Positions 27,052 through 40,260 of a stretch of 64,000 bases of DNA are shown piece after piece; the stretch's first letter is position 1; the number at the start of each line of letters is the position of its first letter. This DNA is from Octopus sinensis (taxonomy: Eukaryota): the NCBI RefSeq assembly GCF_006345805.1, contig NC_042997.1:21514001-21578000 (forward strand), written 5' to 3'. The notes below the pieces were generated by a model. That model did no database searches. It had not been told where the DNA came from and worked only from the letters and a program-made list of their open reading frames with translations. Made by a program: the position numbers and the translations under genes.

Positions 27052-28500
27052 GAGCTCCACCCCAGTGCGAAAGCACGACACAAAATTCCTTGTAGTGACT
27101 ATAAAACTCAAGGTGGATACCAGATAACCAAATAGCACACAATATAATAAAAATGGCAAAATTTACATCATACATAAGAAATTTACCAAAAGGAAAAAAT
27201 ACTCAAAATGAGCAAAATCAAAGGTGCATGCGTGAAAGTGGATACGTCACAAAGTATAGAGCCTTCCGCTGTAGGGAGCGGGAGGAAAGCAAACTCACAG
27301 TTAATGAACCTAGGCGAAATTAAATCCAACTTCTGTAAAGGTAGTTGATCCTGCGAAATAGCAGTTAAGTCAATTGCTGCAGGAGAGGAAATGGAATCGA
27401 CAGATAGATCGCCAGTAACACAAAAGGCGACAGTGCAAGCATGCTGGTGTGATGCGTGACACAGATAATTTTCTCTGTTAATTACGTGACCAACAGGGGT
27501 CTAACAGGGAAAAGAATTAAGCTAACGCAAACGTGTTGCAAAAACAAGGCAATACACGTGCGAAGCAAAGGCGCATGAAATGCAATAGAGCTTGCCAGAC
27601 CGAAAAACAGCAATGAATATGCCAGTGGTTGAGCGATTATATGCCTCGTTCGTACAGGAACAAAAGTATGGCATGCCGGCGCGTTATAATGGACAAACAA
27701 CCCTCTCTATGTATACGTGACCCCTAGGGTCTATAGAAATGAGGTGTGTCCACAAAAGGCAAAATTTAGCATGGAAAAAAAAACAAGCGAGAAAAGCATG
27801 TGTGACGTATGTATGTGAGAGAGATAGCATTTATGTGTGTGTACGTGTGTGCGAAAAAAATACATACAAGGTGAAATGCGAGCAAAAAAATAAATACAGC
27901 GCATAGAAAAAATGTCTCTCAGGGCTATTCCAGACAATGGAGTTAATTTACCAGTCTGTAATAGCCTGATGCACAATAGCAGTTCGTTCTGTAACAGAAT
28001 GTTGAGATCACAAATGCAGATTCCGATTGAACACATATCGTGTAGCGGTTGTGGCTTCAATGCTGTGACAGGTTAACTGGAACAGAAGAATCTCGTAGAT
28101 AGTGCTGGGCTGTTAATTCTTGGCGCGCTATGCACGAACAGCGTGAAAGCTAAAGTTCCGCGAGTTGCTATGTACATCTTGGTCGACGGTGTTGAAAGGC
28201 GACGGTGGTGGTGGAAGGCGACTGTAGTGGACTTGAGACAACATTGTTCTTAGTGTTGATGGCGACGAAGATAACGACGACGTGAAGTTCTAAGACGACG
28301 ATGACGACGGTAGAGAAAAGGCATCGATGATATGATGGCGTCCGTCATCATTGTTGAAGAATAAGAAAAGGGCTCCTTCTATAACGGTCCGAGAGGACGG
28401 AAACAAATCGTCGAAAGATGAATGCGTAGAGTTAATCGTGTTCCGACTTCGCAGAAAAACTGGATTTCTTTGTTGTTAAGTGATCTCTGGTTTTAGACCA

Positions 28501-28521
28501 GAATCACGTCGGGTGTCACCA
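28501..28521 (-). promoter_or_regulatory. Primer-binding site complementary to tRNA-Trp
   Basis: Plus strand AATCACGTCGGG(T)GTCACCA versus the known eukaryotic tRNA-Trp 3' end AAUCACGUCGGGGUCACCA; 1 nt from the LTR. Confidence 0.85.
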
Positions 28522-28522
28522 C

Positions 28523-28860
28523 TGTAACGAGAGATGGGTGTGAATATCTTCTCTGGACCTTTTGGGGGTGCGAGAAGCAATCACTTTCCGTTGCTTTAAT
28601 AATCCAGAATTCTACCCGTCAAAGAAACACAAAACGCAGACGTAAAAATATACGTGACCGTTGCCTTCGATAGCCATGTCTCAAGTCACTGCCTGCTGCT
28701 GCTATCACTCCGGACCCCTTTTAAGGTTCACCTTCCCTTCGCCATACAAGCCAAACGCCACGTCAGCAAATTCCTACTTCCGGTGGTGAAAGCACCAACC
28801 CCGGACGCGCGAAACAGGAATGGACGGTGCGCGCGCGCGCCGCTGTATAGCGTCACTACA
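28523..28860 (-). repeat. 5' LTR (338 bp, internally deleted)
   Basis: Direct repeat of the 3' LTR lacking a segment bounded by aaaata microhomology. Confidence 0.9.
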
Positions 28861-29085
28861 GATACTTTGTTATCGACCCCCAGAAGGATGAAGACAAAGT
28901 TCGACTGGATAGATTTACACTTAGAACGCCGAGGTCAACTTTGTCTTTTATCCTCTCGTGGTCGGTAAATTAAGTATCACTTGAGTACTTGGAGATGTGA
29001 TCGACTATATCCCTCCCCACAAAATTCAGGTTTTATGCCTGTTGTTAAAAGGACTATCATTATTATTATTATTATTATTATTATT

Positions 29086-31620
29086 CAGTAGTTTTATTTT
29101 TATAGCGTGCTTTCACTTCACTACCGAGCGCAGCTCTGTGTGCCTTGGGTATGTGCTGTGATTTGTTGTGATGCTCTGATGGTTATTGTATGGAAAGTGT
29201 TCTGCGTAGGATGTGTGCAGTGCCTAGTAGTGCAATTTTCTGTATGTTATATGTGTTTGTAAGTCCTGGTGTTTTTGTTATGTATTTGTCTGAATATTTT
29301 TTTATCATGCCTAATGCACCTACTATGATAGGAATTGTTTCTGTTTTCAGATTCCACATTCTAGTTACCTCTGTTTCCAGGTCTTTGTATTTTGAGAGTT
29401 TCTCCATTTCTTTTAGAGACACGTTGTCATCAGCCGGTATTGATACATCAATTAGAAAGCATTTTTTTCTTCATGATCTCTGACAACTATATCTGGTCTG
29501 TTGGCCTTAATTTCTCTGTCTGTGTGTATCGGCATATCCCAGAGTATGGTTGCTTTCTCGTTTTCTGTGACCTTTTCTGGTGTGTGCCTATACCATCTTT
29601 TTCTGTTGTTATTCCATAATGTTGGCATAGCTTCCAATGTATGTAGGTTCCAACTCTGTCATGTCTGTGAATATATTCCTTCTTAGCCAGGACTGGGCAG
29701 CTAGAGATAATATCATTTATTGTTTCTTGTCCATCTCCACATATTCTGCAGTTACTTGTAATATTTCTTTTCATTACATGTTTTTGGTAATTTCTGGTGG
29801 GGAGGCTTTGGTCTTGTGCTGCAATTAAAAATCCCTCTGTTTCTGCTTGAGTCCTGAGCTTCTCAACCATTGCTGGGATTTTTCTTTGTCTATTTCTTTT
29901 GCGTTTAGTTTAGTCCAGTATTTACCATGAAGGGGCTTTTCTTGCCATCGTTTTATCATGGTTCGTTGCTGTTCTATTTTTAGTTTGGATTTCATTTGTT
30001 TTATAGCTTTTGTTGTTTCTTCATCTTATTCTTCTTCTTCGTGTTTATTAGGTGGTATGATTTCTTGTTTGTATTTGTCAGCTTCCTTAAATACTGAGAA
30101 CAGTTTTTTGTTTTGCTCGTGTTTTGCCGCTATCTGGATCAGTTTTCCTTCCTTCTGAAGTAGATATTTTTGCAGTCCTATGGTGGTTATTTTATAGTAG
30201 TTTTCCAGCTGTATAAGGCCTCTACCACCTTCTATACGTTGTATATATAGTCTTCCTATGTCAGATTTTGGGTGATGCATCCTAGATCCCGTCATTATTT
30301 TTCTTGTTTTCCTATCTATTTTGGTCAGTTCATTTCGTGTCCAGTTAAGGATATTGTAGCTGTAACTTATAACTGGGACAGCTAAAGTGTTGATACCTAT
30401 TATCTTATTTTTAAGATCTAAGTATTGATCTAAGTATTTTTAAGATCTAAGTATTGATCTAACTCGTCTATAATATTCTTTTTTATTTTTTATTTCATTT
30501 GTGTGTGTTGTGTCTTATCTAGTTCATGGATTCCTAAGTATTTGTAAGTTTGGCTTTGGTCTAATTCTTTTATTTCATTGGTTTTATCTAGTGTGATGTT
30601 GTTACTCTTAACTAGTTTCCTCTTTTCAGGGTTACTTTGGCGCATTTTTCTAATCCAAATTTCATATCTATTTCTTTGGTAAATCCATGAACTGTCTTTA
30701 ATAGTGTTTCCAGCTTTTTGTCATTTGCAGCGTATAGTTTTAGGTCATCCATATATAAAAGGTGGCTGATCGTTTTGCCGTAACATTTATATCCGCATCC
30801 AGTTCTATTTAGCATATCAGATAGAGGTGACAGTGCCAAGCAGAAAAGGAGTGGAGAGAGCGTGTCTCCCTGGAATATTCCTCTTCTAATGGGGATGTCT
30901 TTGGTTTTCATGAGTCCTCCTTTTGTTTGGAGGTGTAGGACTGTTTGCCATTTATTCATAGAGTGCTCTATGAATTTTATGATTGTTGGTGCTACTTTGT
31001 TAATGGCTAGTGTTTCGAGGATCCATGTGTGGGGGATGCTATCAAACGCCTTTTTGTAGTCAATCCAGGCCATACTGAGGCCTTTCTTCTTTCTGTGGCT
31101 GTCTTCAGTTATGGCTTTATTAATCATTAGTTGATCTTTACAGCCATATGAGCCTTTGCGGCATCCTTTCTGCTCTTCTGGGAACAGTTTGTTTTCGTCC
31201 AGGTGCTTGTTCAGCCTTTGTGATATCACTGCAGTAAATGCCTTGACATAGTAGGGAGGCAGGTTATTGGTCTGTAGTTTTCTGGTTTTTCTGTTTCATT
31301 TGATTTGGGAATTAAGCTGGTTTTCCCCTTCGTGAGCCATTCAGGCATTGTCTCTGGCTCTGCTAGTACGTTGTTAAAGTTTTCAGCCAGCTTTTTGTGC
31401 ATTCCTGTTAGAAGTTGGGGATCTTGTCATGCCCAGGTGCCTTCCAGTTGCTTAGTCTTTGCAGTGCCTGGGTGACCTCTTCAGTTGTTATGGGGGTTCA
31501 AAGTTGTTCAGATGCCGAGTTTGTTATTTTGATACTCCTTTTTTTTGGTGGTTCGTTCGCCGACCATATTTCTCTCCAGAATTCTTCCAATTCTTCTGCC
31601 GTTGGTGCTGCAGTGATTTC
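29086..31620 (-). mobile_element. 5'-truncated R4/Dong-clade non-LTR retrotransposon (RT + CCHC + RLE), frameshifted, flanked by (TAA)n
   Basis: EEQKGCRKGS, WIDYKKAFDSIPH, GIFQGDTLSPLLF, YMDDLKL; CRICG..ETINDIISSC; ANRPDIVV; KEMEKLSKYKDL; QKIALLGTAHILRR; TAA runs at both ends. Confidence 0.95.
30612..31229 (-). pseudogene. Reverse transcriptase domain of the Dong-like element
   Basis: 205-aa ORF with QGD and YMDD motifs; adjacent frames broken. Confidence 0.92.
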
Positions 31621-31715
31621 TATTTATTATTATTATTATTATTGTTGTTATTATTACTATTACTATTATTATTATTATTATTGTTATTATTACTATTATT
31701 ATTATTATTACTATT
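31620..31715. repeat. (TAA)n-type microsatellite between two Dong-like elements
   Basis: Direct. Confidence 0.95.
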
Positions 31716-31734
31716 GCCTTTGCACAGCTTCTAA

Positions 31735-32385
31735 CGTTGTAGATGTACTGCGGTGTCAGCTGTTCACTACCAATGAACTAAGGTAACACCTCTGATTTTT
31801 CGAGCACCTTCCGGAGTATTCGAGCGGTTCCAAACTGTGCTGTTTTCTGCAAGTGTTCTACCCTTATTGCATCCCCTATTTGTGTAATTACATATTCCGT
31901 TGTTATGCTACATGGTCCTGTTGTGGAGTCTCAGGGCGATGGAGTTCGGATCTCACGGAATGAATCCACTCAACACCGTCGTTGTGAGCAACCTCTTGTC
32001 TCCAGATGTTATTCCAAAATTGGCAGGTTTCTACTGCTTCAGGAAGTATATTAAAAACTGCCTCTGGTTATATGTGAATAACCTGTTTTGCTGGAACTGT
32101 GATATGCGATCAGTGTTGCGTTGCAGCTTTAATGTTTTTGCCCAAACGCGTTGTTTTAGGGTCTCGATAACAGATTTGAACCCATTCTTTTCTATTTGGA
32201 ATTTTATTTTAAGATATACCCTTGCACCTTCTTTAGCACGTTTTCATTGTCCTTTGAACCATTCTTCTATGCGACTCAGATCTATATGCAAGCTTTTAAT
32301 GTCACCATCACTTCTCTGCTCCCACCATGGCTCTTTCTGTCTGCATCCTTTCCTCTCTTTCTTTCTAACAAGTTCACCTAATTAA
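31735..32385 (-). mobile_element. Second Dong-like element with a large internal deletion (pre-RT segment joined to the 3' end)
   Basis: Minus strand EPWW..SDGDIKSL..DLSRIEEW..LKQRVWAK..QFQQNRLF, then IRVEHLQKTAQFGTARILRKVL next to (TAA)n. Confidence 0.7.
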
Positions 32386-32675
32386 ATTGAAACTGATCTA
32401 ATCAAGCCCCTTGTTTCTAGTAGACCTTTTGTTAGAATGTATTTCAGGATCCCATCAACCTTCTGGGTCGCGCGTTTCCCATTGTTACGGCCGAAGCTTC
32501 TCAAATTCACCGGTTTGGTCTCTGCTTTGTAACCATTATATCCTCGAGTCTTATCCTGAGGTCTCTCTGTTCCTCAATCATATCCTCTCGTAATACAGTG
32601 TTCTCCACATTATAATGATTGGTCGACCTCCCTTCTACTACAAATTTGCTAGCCTTGAATCTAAATTAGAAAAAG

Positions 32676-32704
<29 letters not shown>

Positions 32705-32706
<2 letters not shown>

Positions 32707-32920
32707 AAGGTAGCAGTCTGGCAGAATCGTCAGTATTAGGGAAAAGATGTTTGCTAGTAATTTTTCCGATCGCTTACGTTCTGAGTTCAAACTTCGCACA
32801 GGACGTCTTCGCTTTTCATCCTTCGGGAGTCGATAAAATAAGTACCAGTGGAGCACTTAGGTCCTTGTAATCGACTAGCCCCTCCCACAAAATTTCAGAC
32901 CCTGTACCTATAGTAGAAAG
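32705..32920 (+). mobile_element. SINE family A, diverged
   Basis: ttacgttctgagttcaaact...ttcatccttcgggagtcgataaaataagtaccag. Confidence 0.75.
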
Positions 32921-33894
32921 AACTTTCGTCGTCGTCATCGTCATCACCTTCGATTTTGTTGTTATTCTTATATTTTAGCTCAGAAAATCGTGTATTGAAA
33001 TAACTCCCATTGATTTTATTTATAATGTTTGATTTTTCTTACAAATGTTAGAACTGTAGATTTTATTTTGTTGCTGCTATATCAAAGAAGAGGAGGAAGA
33101 ACTTACCTATTATGTACCTTACCATTCAGAGAAAGAAATTTTATGTCTGCTTTTTTGCCTTGAGGCAGGGAGAAATAATATCAAATACCAAATAAACAAA
33201 TACAAAATAAATCATTTTCAGTATGTCGTGACGGTGGAAAATGATTCTAAAAATAGTTGTAGCCAATTTAGGGAAAAAATGCAAACATCTCATGTATTAG
33301 CAACGTTTTCCAAAATAACATTAATAATTTGAACAGCAACACGACAAAAATTTTTTTTAAATAAAAACATAAGTGTAGACGCATGAGAAAACAACAACAG
33401 TAACAGACAATAATAACACTGTCAATAAAAGTGGAGGCATTAACAGCAATAAAAATGATATGTGATGAAAAACCTTCATTGTACCAGCCAGTAACTTTAC
33501 GCACACAAACTTAACATGATGGCGGAAATAATAGCGAAGAAACACAATCATCTGTCATGTGGAAGGCGGAAATCCAACCCCAAAAGGAAATATGTTAGGA
33601 GGTGGAGTGGAGAACTAAATAAGATTTTATAATTAAGTTAAAATAAGTAGAACAACAGCAATGACCCATTTTCAAGGATTCAACGATTGGAGGAAGAAAC
33701 AAAAAAAAGGAGATGAAGGCCGGGGAGCTAAATCCTTGCAACAAAGCGGATATCCCTTAAATTATTGAAGCACCAAGTATTGGTATAAAACTAAATGAGG
33801 AACTTAAATTTTCCACCTAAGTCAGGAATTGTCCCTCTAATGGAATTCTATATTGTGGACGTGCACTAAACTAAATTACACACTTTTGATCAAT

Positions 33895-34005
33895 CCGAAG
33901 CTTAAGTAGAAGACACTTGTCCAAGATATTGCGCAGTGGGATTGAACCTGAAATTTCATGGTTACAAAGTAAGCATCTTAACCACACAGCTATACCTGCC
34001 CCTAT
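33895..34005 (-). mobile_element. SINE family B, 5' head fragment
   Basis: agtagaagacacttgtccaagatattgcgcagtgggattgaacctg. Confidence 0.7.
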
Positions 34006-35330
34006 TCATATGCATTTCCACTAAACAAAGCGTCCTGGAAATACGCATTGAAAAGACGTCTAAGGTATCAGTGAAACTGTCTGACCACACTTAAACCATG
34101 TGATATGGAACTTTCCTTTGAATTAGTTATTTTGTTCCATCATTAGCAACAGTAGACGGGAAATTCACTGTAAAATATGTAACAGAGTTCACAGCGTAGC
34201 TTCTCTACAAAAGTAAATGATTTCTGAAGGTGTAAGCAATATTAGCACCAGAAGTATACAGAGCCATTCCTAATAATCTCCTGATAAAATACTCTCGAGC
34301 GAACAATCTGAGACATGTGATGTGAAGAAGGAAAGGTTCCATATTCTTATATAGAGATGAAATATATTTAAAAGCTCCCTGTCCTAAAGATCCAACAACA
34401 ATAACTAACATAATCTGAAATACTTTGAGACAAACAGCCGGAATAAGAACATCTACAAAAGTAACAAGAACAACATGAAAATGTAGACTATTGTTGTTAC
34501 TTCATAGCCGTCAGTTAGTCGCAATAAATTCACGAATAAATTCACGATCGGCATTGGCAGTGAATAAAGGGAACCTTTGTCGGCATCGACATAAAATTTG
34601 TAGAGGTACTATTAACTTTATTCGATGCTTCATTTGTAACACAATTTCGGCGAAAGACCCGACCTTAAAGATAGAAACGAAATCATACAATAAGATGGTT
34701 TACATACAACTCAGAATGACATGCCAGTTAATAGGGATGAATCTAAAAAAGATGTGACGAACTTCAGAAACAGGAAGTTGCGAAAAATGTCACTGGGCTG
34801 CAACAATTGTAGGGAGCATTTTCTGGGGATCGTATTTGAGGCTTTTGTAGATGTTTTTATTTCAACAATTTGTGTTAGTTTTGAAGTGCATATAGTTGCG
34901 TGCTTTCTATAATTGTTATTTTTTTAAATTCTCTAACTTCGTGCAGCAAAATCACAACAGAAAGTAACAAAATGGCTCGTGCAGTCTGTTACAGTTATTC
35001 AAAAGAGCAACGTAAAGCTGATGGCTGATATATAAAAATGTTCGCTTAAAGCATTGTGTTGAAGTGGGGAAAATCATGTTGTATTTATAAATAAATAGTT
35101 CTAGACGTTCTTTCTCTGAAGATATGGAAGAGTTGCTCACAAGTGATGGCCTTCCTGAAGATCACAAGAATTTACTGAAGACTTCTGAAATCAAAGAGAC
35201 TTGCCGCGTACATATTCGATTATGATATTGTAACTATTAGTAAACATAGGTCTTTTTCGGTCGGCACATATTTGGATCCACCTTCTTAATTCGGAATTTA
35301 CATTTTATTCGGTCTGCAGAGAACAAATGG
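34000..35330 (-). mobile_element. Degraded Penelope-like element remnant
   Basis: SSGRPSLVSNSS resembling the PLE GRPIVS motif; CGQT-like stretch near 34.08 kb; heavily decayed. Confidence 0.4.
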
Positions 35331-36382
35331 ATTGACTATTATAAATAATAAACAATGTCGTCTTTGCCTTTCATCGTTTCGGGGTCGATAAATTATGTAC
35401 CAGTTGCGTACTGGCGTCGATGTAATCGACTGGTCCTCTCCCGCAAAAGTTCTGGCCTTATGTCTAGAGTACAAAACAATATTACTACTGTAAATACATG
35501 AATTTCTCCCAAAGAGTAGAAACGTTTATTTTTCAGAACAATATACCGAAATTTGTTGGTGCAACATTGAAGTACTACATGCATTTCACCTTTCAAAAAC
35601 AGCATTCTTTCAGCAAATTCTCGAGTTGAATTAGTAATAGAAAAGTGAAAGCAACCAAAAATTAAAACCGTATCCAAGAATTCTGATAGCCAATCATACA
35701 CAGTTGCAGAAAGTGTTTCATTAAATAACATCTTTTTTAAAGTACGCATAATGAAGGAAGATTTCTATACCAGTATTGAACATTATAAATGCAACTAGAG
35801 CAGATAGGATAGCTTTAGAAATATAATATTTATAGTTCCATTTATACGGAGAAATATGTTTGGCAGTTGTCTAGCAAGAAAACGAGAAATTTTGGAATCA
35901 TTGAAAGACAGAGATTGTAAATAGATCACAGCATGCTACAGAAATTATTTTGTTTCCATTTCTATTAAATCAGGAACTATAAATGAAGGAAGATAATTTT
36001 TTCTTTATTTTGTCACTTGGCATTGTTTCCAAATATGCCTACAACGATTTTTACAAGTAAGATTACCATATCTTTTTCGTTCGGATTAAATAGGAATTAT
36101 TGCCCAGAAGCAAGACGTCGAAAAAAATTCAATCCACGGATCAAGCAATAAGAAAATAAAATTTTCTTTCGAAAGCGTATAAGTTTAGCAATGAGAAATA
36201 AAATTTTTGAGAGAACAAAATTTTGTGTAAATGTAAGCGAGTACACACATCACACGCACTTGCGTGACCACACGTGCAGACTCATATATACTCGAACGCT
36301 AATCTCATGGGTTATTGTCTATAGAGAAAGAGAAAAGTTTAATACTTAGTACATAAACACATAAACCCACACGCGTGTATGT

Positions 36383-36418
<36 letters not shown>

Positions 36419-36599
36419 ACATACATACATACATTCATACATATATATATATATATTAACGTGAATGTCGAACGACGAGAATGAGTGCTCAACACCGCAT
36501 TGAAGGATAAAATTTATTTGTGTATATGGCGGCCATTGATTTCAAATTAAAACAAAATCTTAATATCTCAACAATTTTTCAAGCAGATCACACTGACGA

Positions 36600-37560
36600 A
36601 TGGTGTTCATCTCCAAAATAGATTTCATTGCCAAAGCTACATGTCTGGTACTAGAAGAGAACACGTTTAGATTCGATGATAAATAATATCGACAGATAAA
36701 GGACACGGTTCAGGAGACGAGGTTTGCACCCTAATATGCTAATCTAGTCATGAGGTTCCTAGAAAATAAGCTTTACGATGAAATAGAGAAGGCTTTTAAT
36801 AATTACAAGAAGTACATCAGAATGGAAGCGCTTAATTTTTGGGACAGGTCAAATGAAGATCTTCAAATATTTAATAACATCCTCAACATACTTCACTTAT
36901 CTATCAAATTCATGACAGAAACTAGTTATAATGAATTACCATTCTTGGATATTCACATAAAAATACACGACTCCACAGTGACAACCGAGATATTTTAAAA
37001 AAAAAAAACGGAGGTGTGATACTCTTGCTATCCCGCACATATCAAAAGGAACATCCCATAGAGTAAGGCATGACGTATCTGTACGATACTAATTGACTCC
37101 CAAAATACATCAAATCCGAATTAATGAGCTCACAGGTTTCTTAAAAATAAAGAATTACCCCTTAAAATTTATAAATGATGGAATTATAAAGGCGATGGAG
37201 CTGAACATCACACAAGAGGAACGACACAAGATTCCAATGAGTAAACATATAGAAATATGTGGATAAGGAAAATTCAAAATCTTCCCCTTCTAGAAATGTT
37301 GAAGGGATGACCATTTTATAAAAAAACAATTCTCACCAAAACAATACGTTCGAAAGAAAAGCAACGATAATATGCATGAACACTCTTTCAAATGGAGCAA
37401 TTTATGGACAACACAGTTTTCTTACACAGCCGCTGTACCCAGCTAACTTTCATGGAAAATACGGCTGGGGAGAAATAATGCGAGTACTTGAATACTACAG
37501 TTTTACCCTCTCCAAGCATATCGTTTTAAATCAATCAACATTGGAGCGAAGGTATATTTT
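36600..37560 (+). mobile_element. Penelope-like element RT remnant
   Basis: LEENTFRFDDK*YRQIKDTVQETRFAP*YANLVMRFLENKLY...IKFMTETSYNELPFLDIHI...CYPAHIKRNIP. Confidence 0.82.
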
Positions 37561-38059
37561 CATTGAACTTTGAACTCTAGATATATTTGATACTTTATAA
37601 TTGTGAATATACTTACTTAAGAATCATTTTTCAATCACAAAGAAACGTTTATATCTACAAACATTTTAATATGTATATGATAAGGGAAGGAGGGGAGGGG
37701 GAGACTTTCAAAATCAATGATTGAATAAAGAATAACATTTTGAATTGAAATTGAATTTCAAAGAGTTGACCACATCGATACAAATTATAAATTGAAAAGA
37801 AGCTTCTTTCTCTGTCTTTCCCTTTCATTTTTCTTCTTTCTCTTTGCTCTTTTCTTTTTCTTCCTACAAGTGACATCTTGAGAGGCCATTTAGCATCAGC
37901 ATACTTTTTTCTTCTCTCTCCTCCCTTCCTCCGTTTTTCTCTTTCTCCTCTTCTAAACAAAAAACAACACACACACACACCACACACACACATATATACA
38001 TATCTCAATTTTCAATACTAATGTGTATACTTACAAATATGTTAATATGTATATAATCC

Positions 38060-38440
38060 TTTTTACTATAGGCACAAGGCCTGGAATTCGGGGGAGGGGA
38101 CAGTCGATTATATTGACTCCAGTGCATAAATGGTACTTAATTTATCGACCCCGAAAGGGTGAAAGGCAATGTTGACCGCGGCGGAATTTGAACTCAACGT
38201 AACGGCAGACGAAATACATATTTCTTTATTACCCACAAGGGGCTAAATACAGAGAGGACAAACAAGGAGAGACAAACGGATTAAGCTGATTATATCGAGC
38301 CCAGTGCGTAACTGGTACTTATTTAATCGACCCCGAAAAGATGAAAGGCATAGTCTACCTCGGCGGAATTTGAACTCAGAACGTAGCGGCAGACGAAATA
38401 CCGCGAAGCATTTTGTCCGGTGGGCTGATTATCCTGCCAG
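38060..38440 (-). mobile_element. SINE family A, partial-dimer form
   Basis: Two bodies, reverse complement of the family consensus. Confidence 0.88.
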
Positions 38441-39439
38441 CTCAATTTCTTTTATTAAGGCACATGGCCTTTATAAAGAGTTGACACTACAAGAAAAGAC
38501 GTTTGCCACAGTAAGTAGGTTGTAGTGTCCACTCCGCTAATATCAAGGCTACAGTGGAGTACTTCTTTTCTTCTGTAGCAATAACCATTTTAGCCATTTT
38601 GAAATGTGGCGCGAATTGGCAATATGACGTAATGTCTTTGCCGAAGAATTATCATTTTCGTTTTTTTTCCATTGGTTAATATAACTGCTCATATAAAGAT
38701 TCTAGAAGTTTCGAAAAGAATATTGGTCATGGATTTCGATTCTTTTTAAGTCAAGTTGAGCAGTTATAAAAACCCTGGATTTTGGAAAATATTTCAGTGT
38801 TCGTTGGTTGTCACATAACTCCACGGCACTCACTCTTTTGAGACATCGGTAAATTTTCATGCCATGTCTAAGTTAATCACAAATCTATTTTGATTTGTTG
38901 GTTAATGTATTAGATAGAAAGAAGAAATTAGCTAAGGAATTTATAGTCGTTTTCTTCACGACAAAGTTATCTTTCTTACTGTAAATAATATAAAATGTTA
39001 TATTTATATAATAAAAAATAATTAAAAAGAAAATGTTTCTCTTCACGTTTGTTTTTCAACTGAGCATAGATAAATATGCATTTCTGTAATCTTTGATTTA
39101 TGTTTCTTATAGCGGTTTAAAGGACACGATTAAAATATTCAACATACATGTCATTAATATAGCGTTCCATGCGTATGTGTCTATATGACGTTATTACTGT
39201 AGTTAGGGTTTTTAGGTATAATGATAACACTTTAGTATAAGTGACGTTGAATCATTATATTCTCCCTTACTCAGAGAAAAGCCAAATAAAATAGTTATAA
39301 ACACCGTCAGACTTCAGTGGGCTGCTCTTCGTGCTGTTCTACTTCACTTTCCTGCTGAAGGCACTTTGCTTTCATAAAATATTTTTGCTTACATAGAAAA
39401 CATGTTGGAGGTCTTCCCCCACACCCACTCTTAGCGTAA

Positions 39440-40260
39440 TGTCTTCTGGTAGAAGAACCTCTTCTACAATTCCATGTAAGTCTTTTAACCCAACTTGAAT
39501 TATCATTTCAAGGCCGTAGCCCAACAATTAACTTCCTTTGTTCTGGTTATCTTCAGAATCCTTGCATCTTCCGCCATTTCGTGCATGACTGCTGTCACCA
39601 GCCATACCTCTTCGATCTCGGTGGGGGAACTTTGCTGACTCTCACTCTGGCAATGTTTGCCACAGTACATCGGCAGCACCCACTCTTGTGTCCTTATTGG
39701 CTCAGTGGAGTGGTTAATAGCGTCCTTGTCACTGGAGAACCTAACCCCCACTGTGCCGTATTTTCTTCCACGCGTATAGTAGGTGGTTAATCCTCTCACT
39801 TCACCTAGACATTCCTCTATTGCCTCTACTGGAGCAATCTCTATTTTCTTGGTAGTGGTTGATAACGTCCTGTAGAGGGCCATCTTCCTTGCTACATTCT
39901 TCGTCACTTCTTTCGGTCAGCTTTAAACTGGCCCCTTCCTTTTGTAACAATTTGTTTCCTTTTTCCCATTATTTTGTCTCTATATTTATCTCGTGAACTT
40001 CAAGGGTGTTGGTCGTAATACCTTGTGTAGTTGCGGATGAATAACTTGCGACACGTTCCATTTCACTCTTTTCACACTTCACCCATAATGAGGAAGCAAC
40101 AATTTTCAAAAGCAGGCAGAACGCAGCAATGAAAATTCAACAATTCAACAATTTAAACAATTCAACGAATCTTGGTTCTCCCGCGCGGGAAGACCTACCA
40201 CAAACATAAAATAAAAGTGTGTAACAGTAACAGTGTGTAACAGTGTGTAACAATTGAACT
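39440..40260 (-). mobile_element. 5' end of a probable L1/Tx1-type LINE (UTR + ORF1 N-terminus, ORF 39503-39907)
   Basis: YYTRGRKYGTVGVRF..VLPMYCG..PTEIEEVWLV is homologous to 57760-58300 (YLTRGGKFATIEARF..FLPLYLG..PPEVEVGWIV), so it is a dispersed family; clade assignment is inference. Confidence 0.5.

Larger units (their letters stand above)
26481..28860 (-). mobile_element. Non-autonomous LTR retroelement (Gypsy-like), about 2.38 kb
   Basis: LTRs 26481-27051 and 28523-28860 with TG..CA ends; 4-bp TSD GATA (26477-80, 28861-64); PBS at 28501-28521 matching a tRNA-Trp 3' end; no pol; inserted into a SINE family A copy. Confidence 0.88.

Noticed and set aside
32470-32520. Minus-strand GAAACGCGCGAC near-palindrome
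   Set aside because: U16.1 and the core are absent; too degenerate to call.
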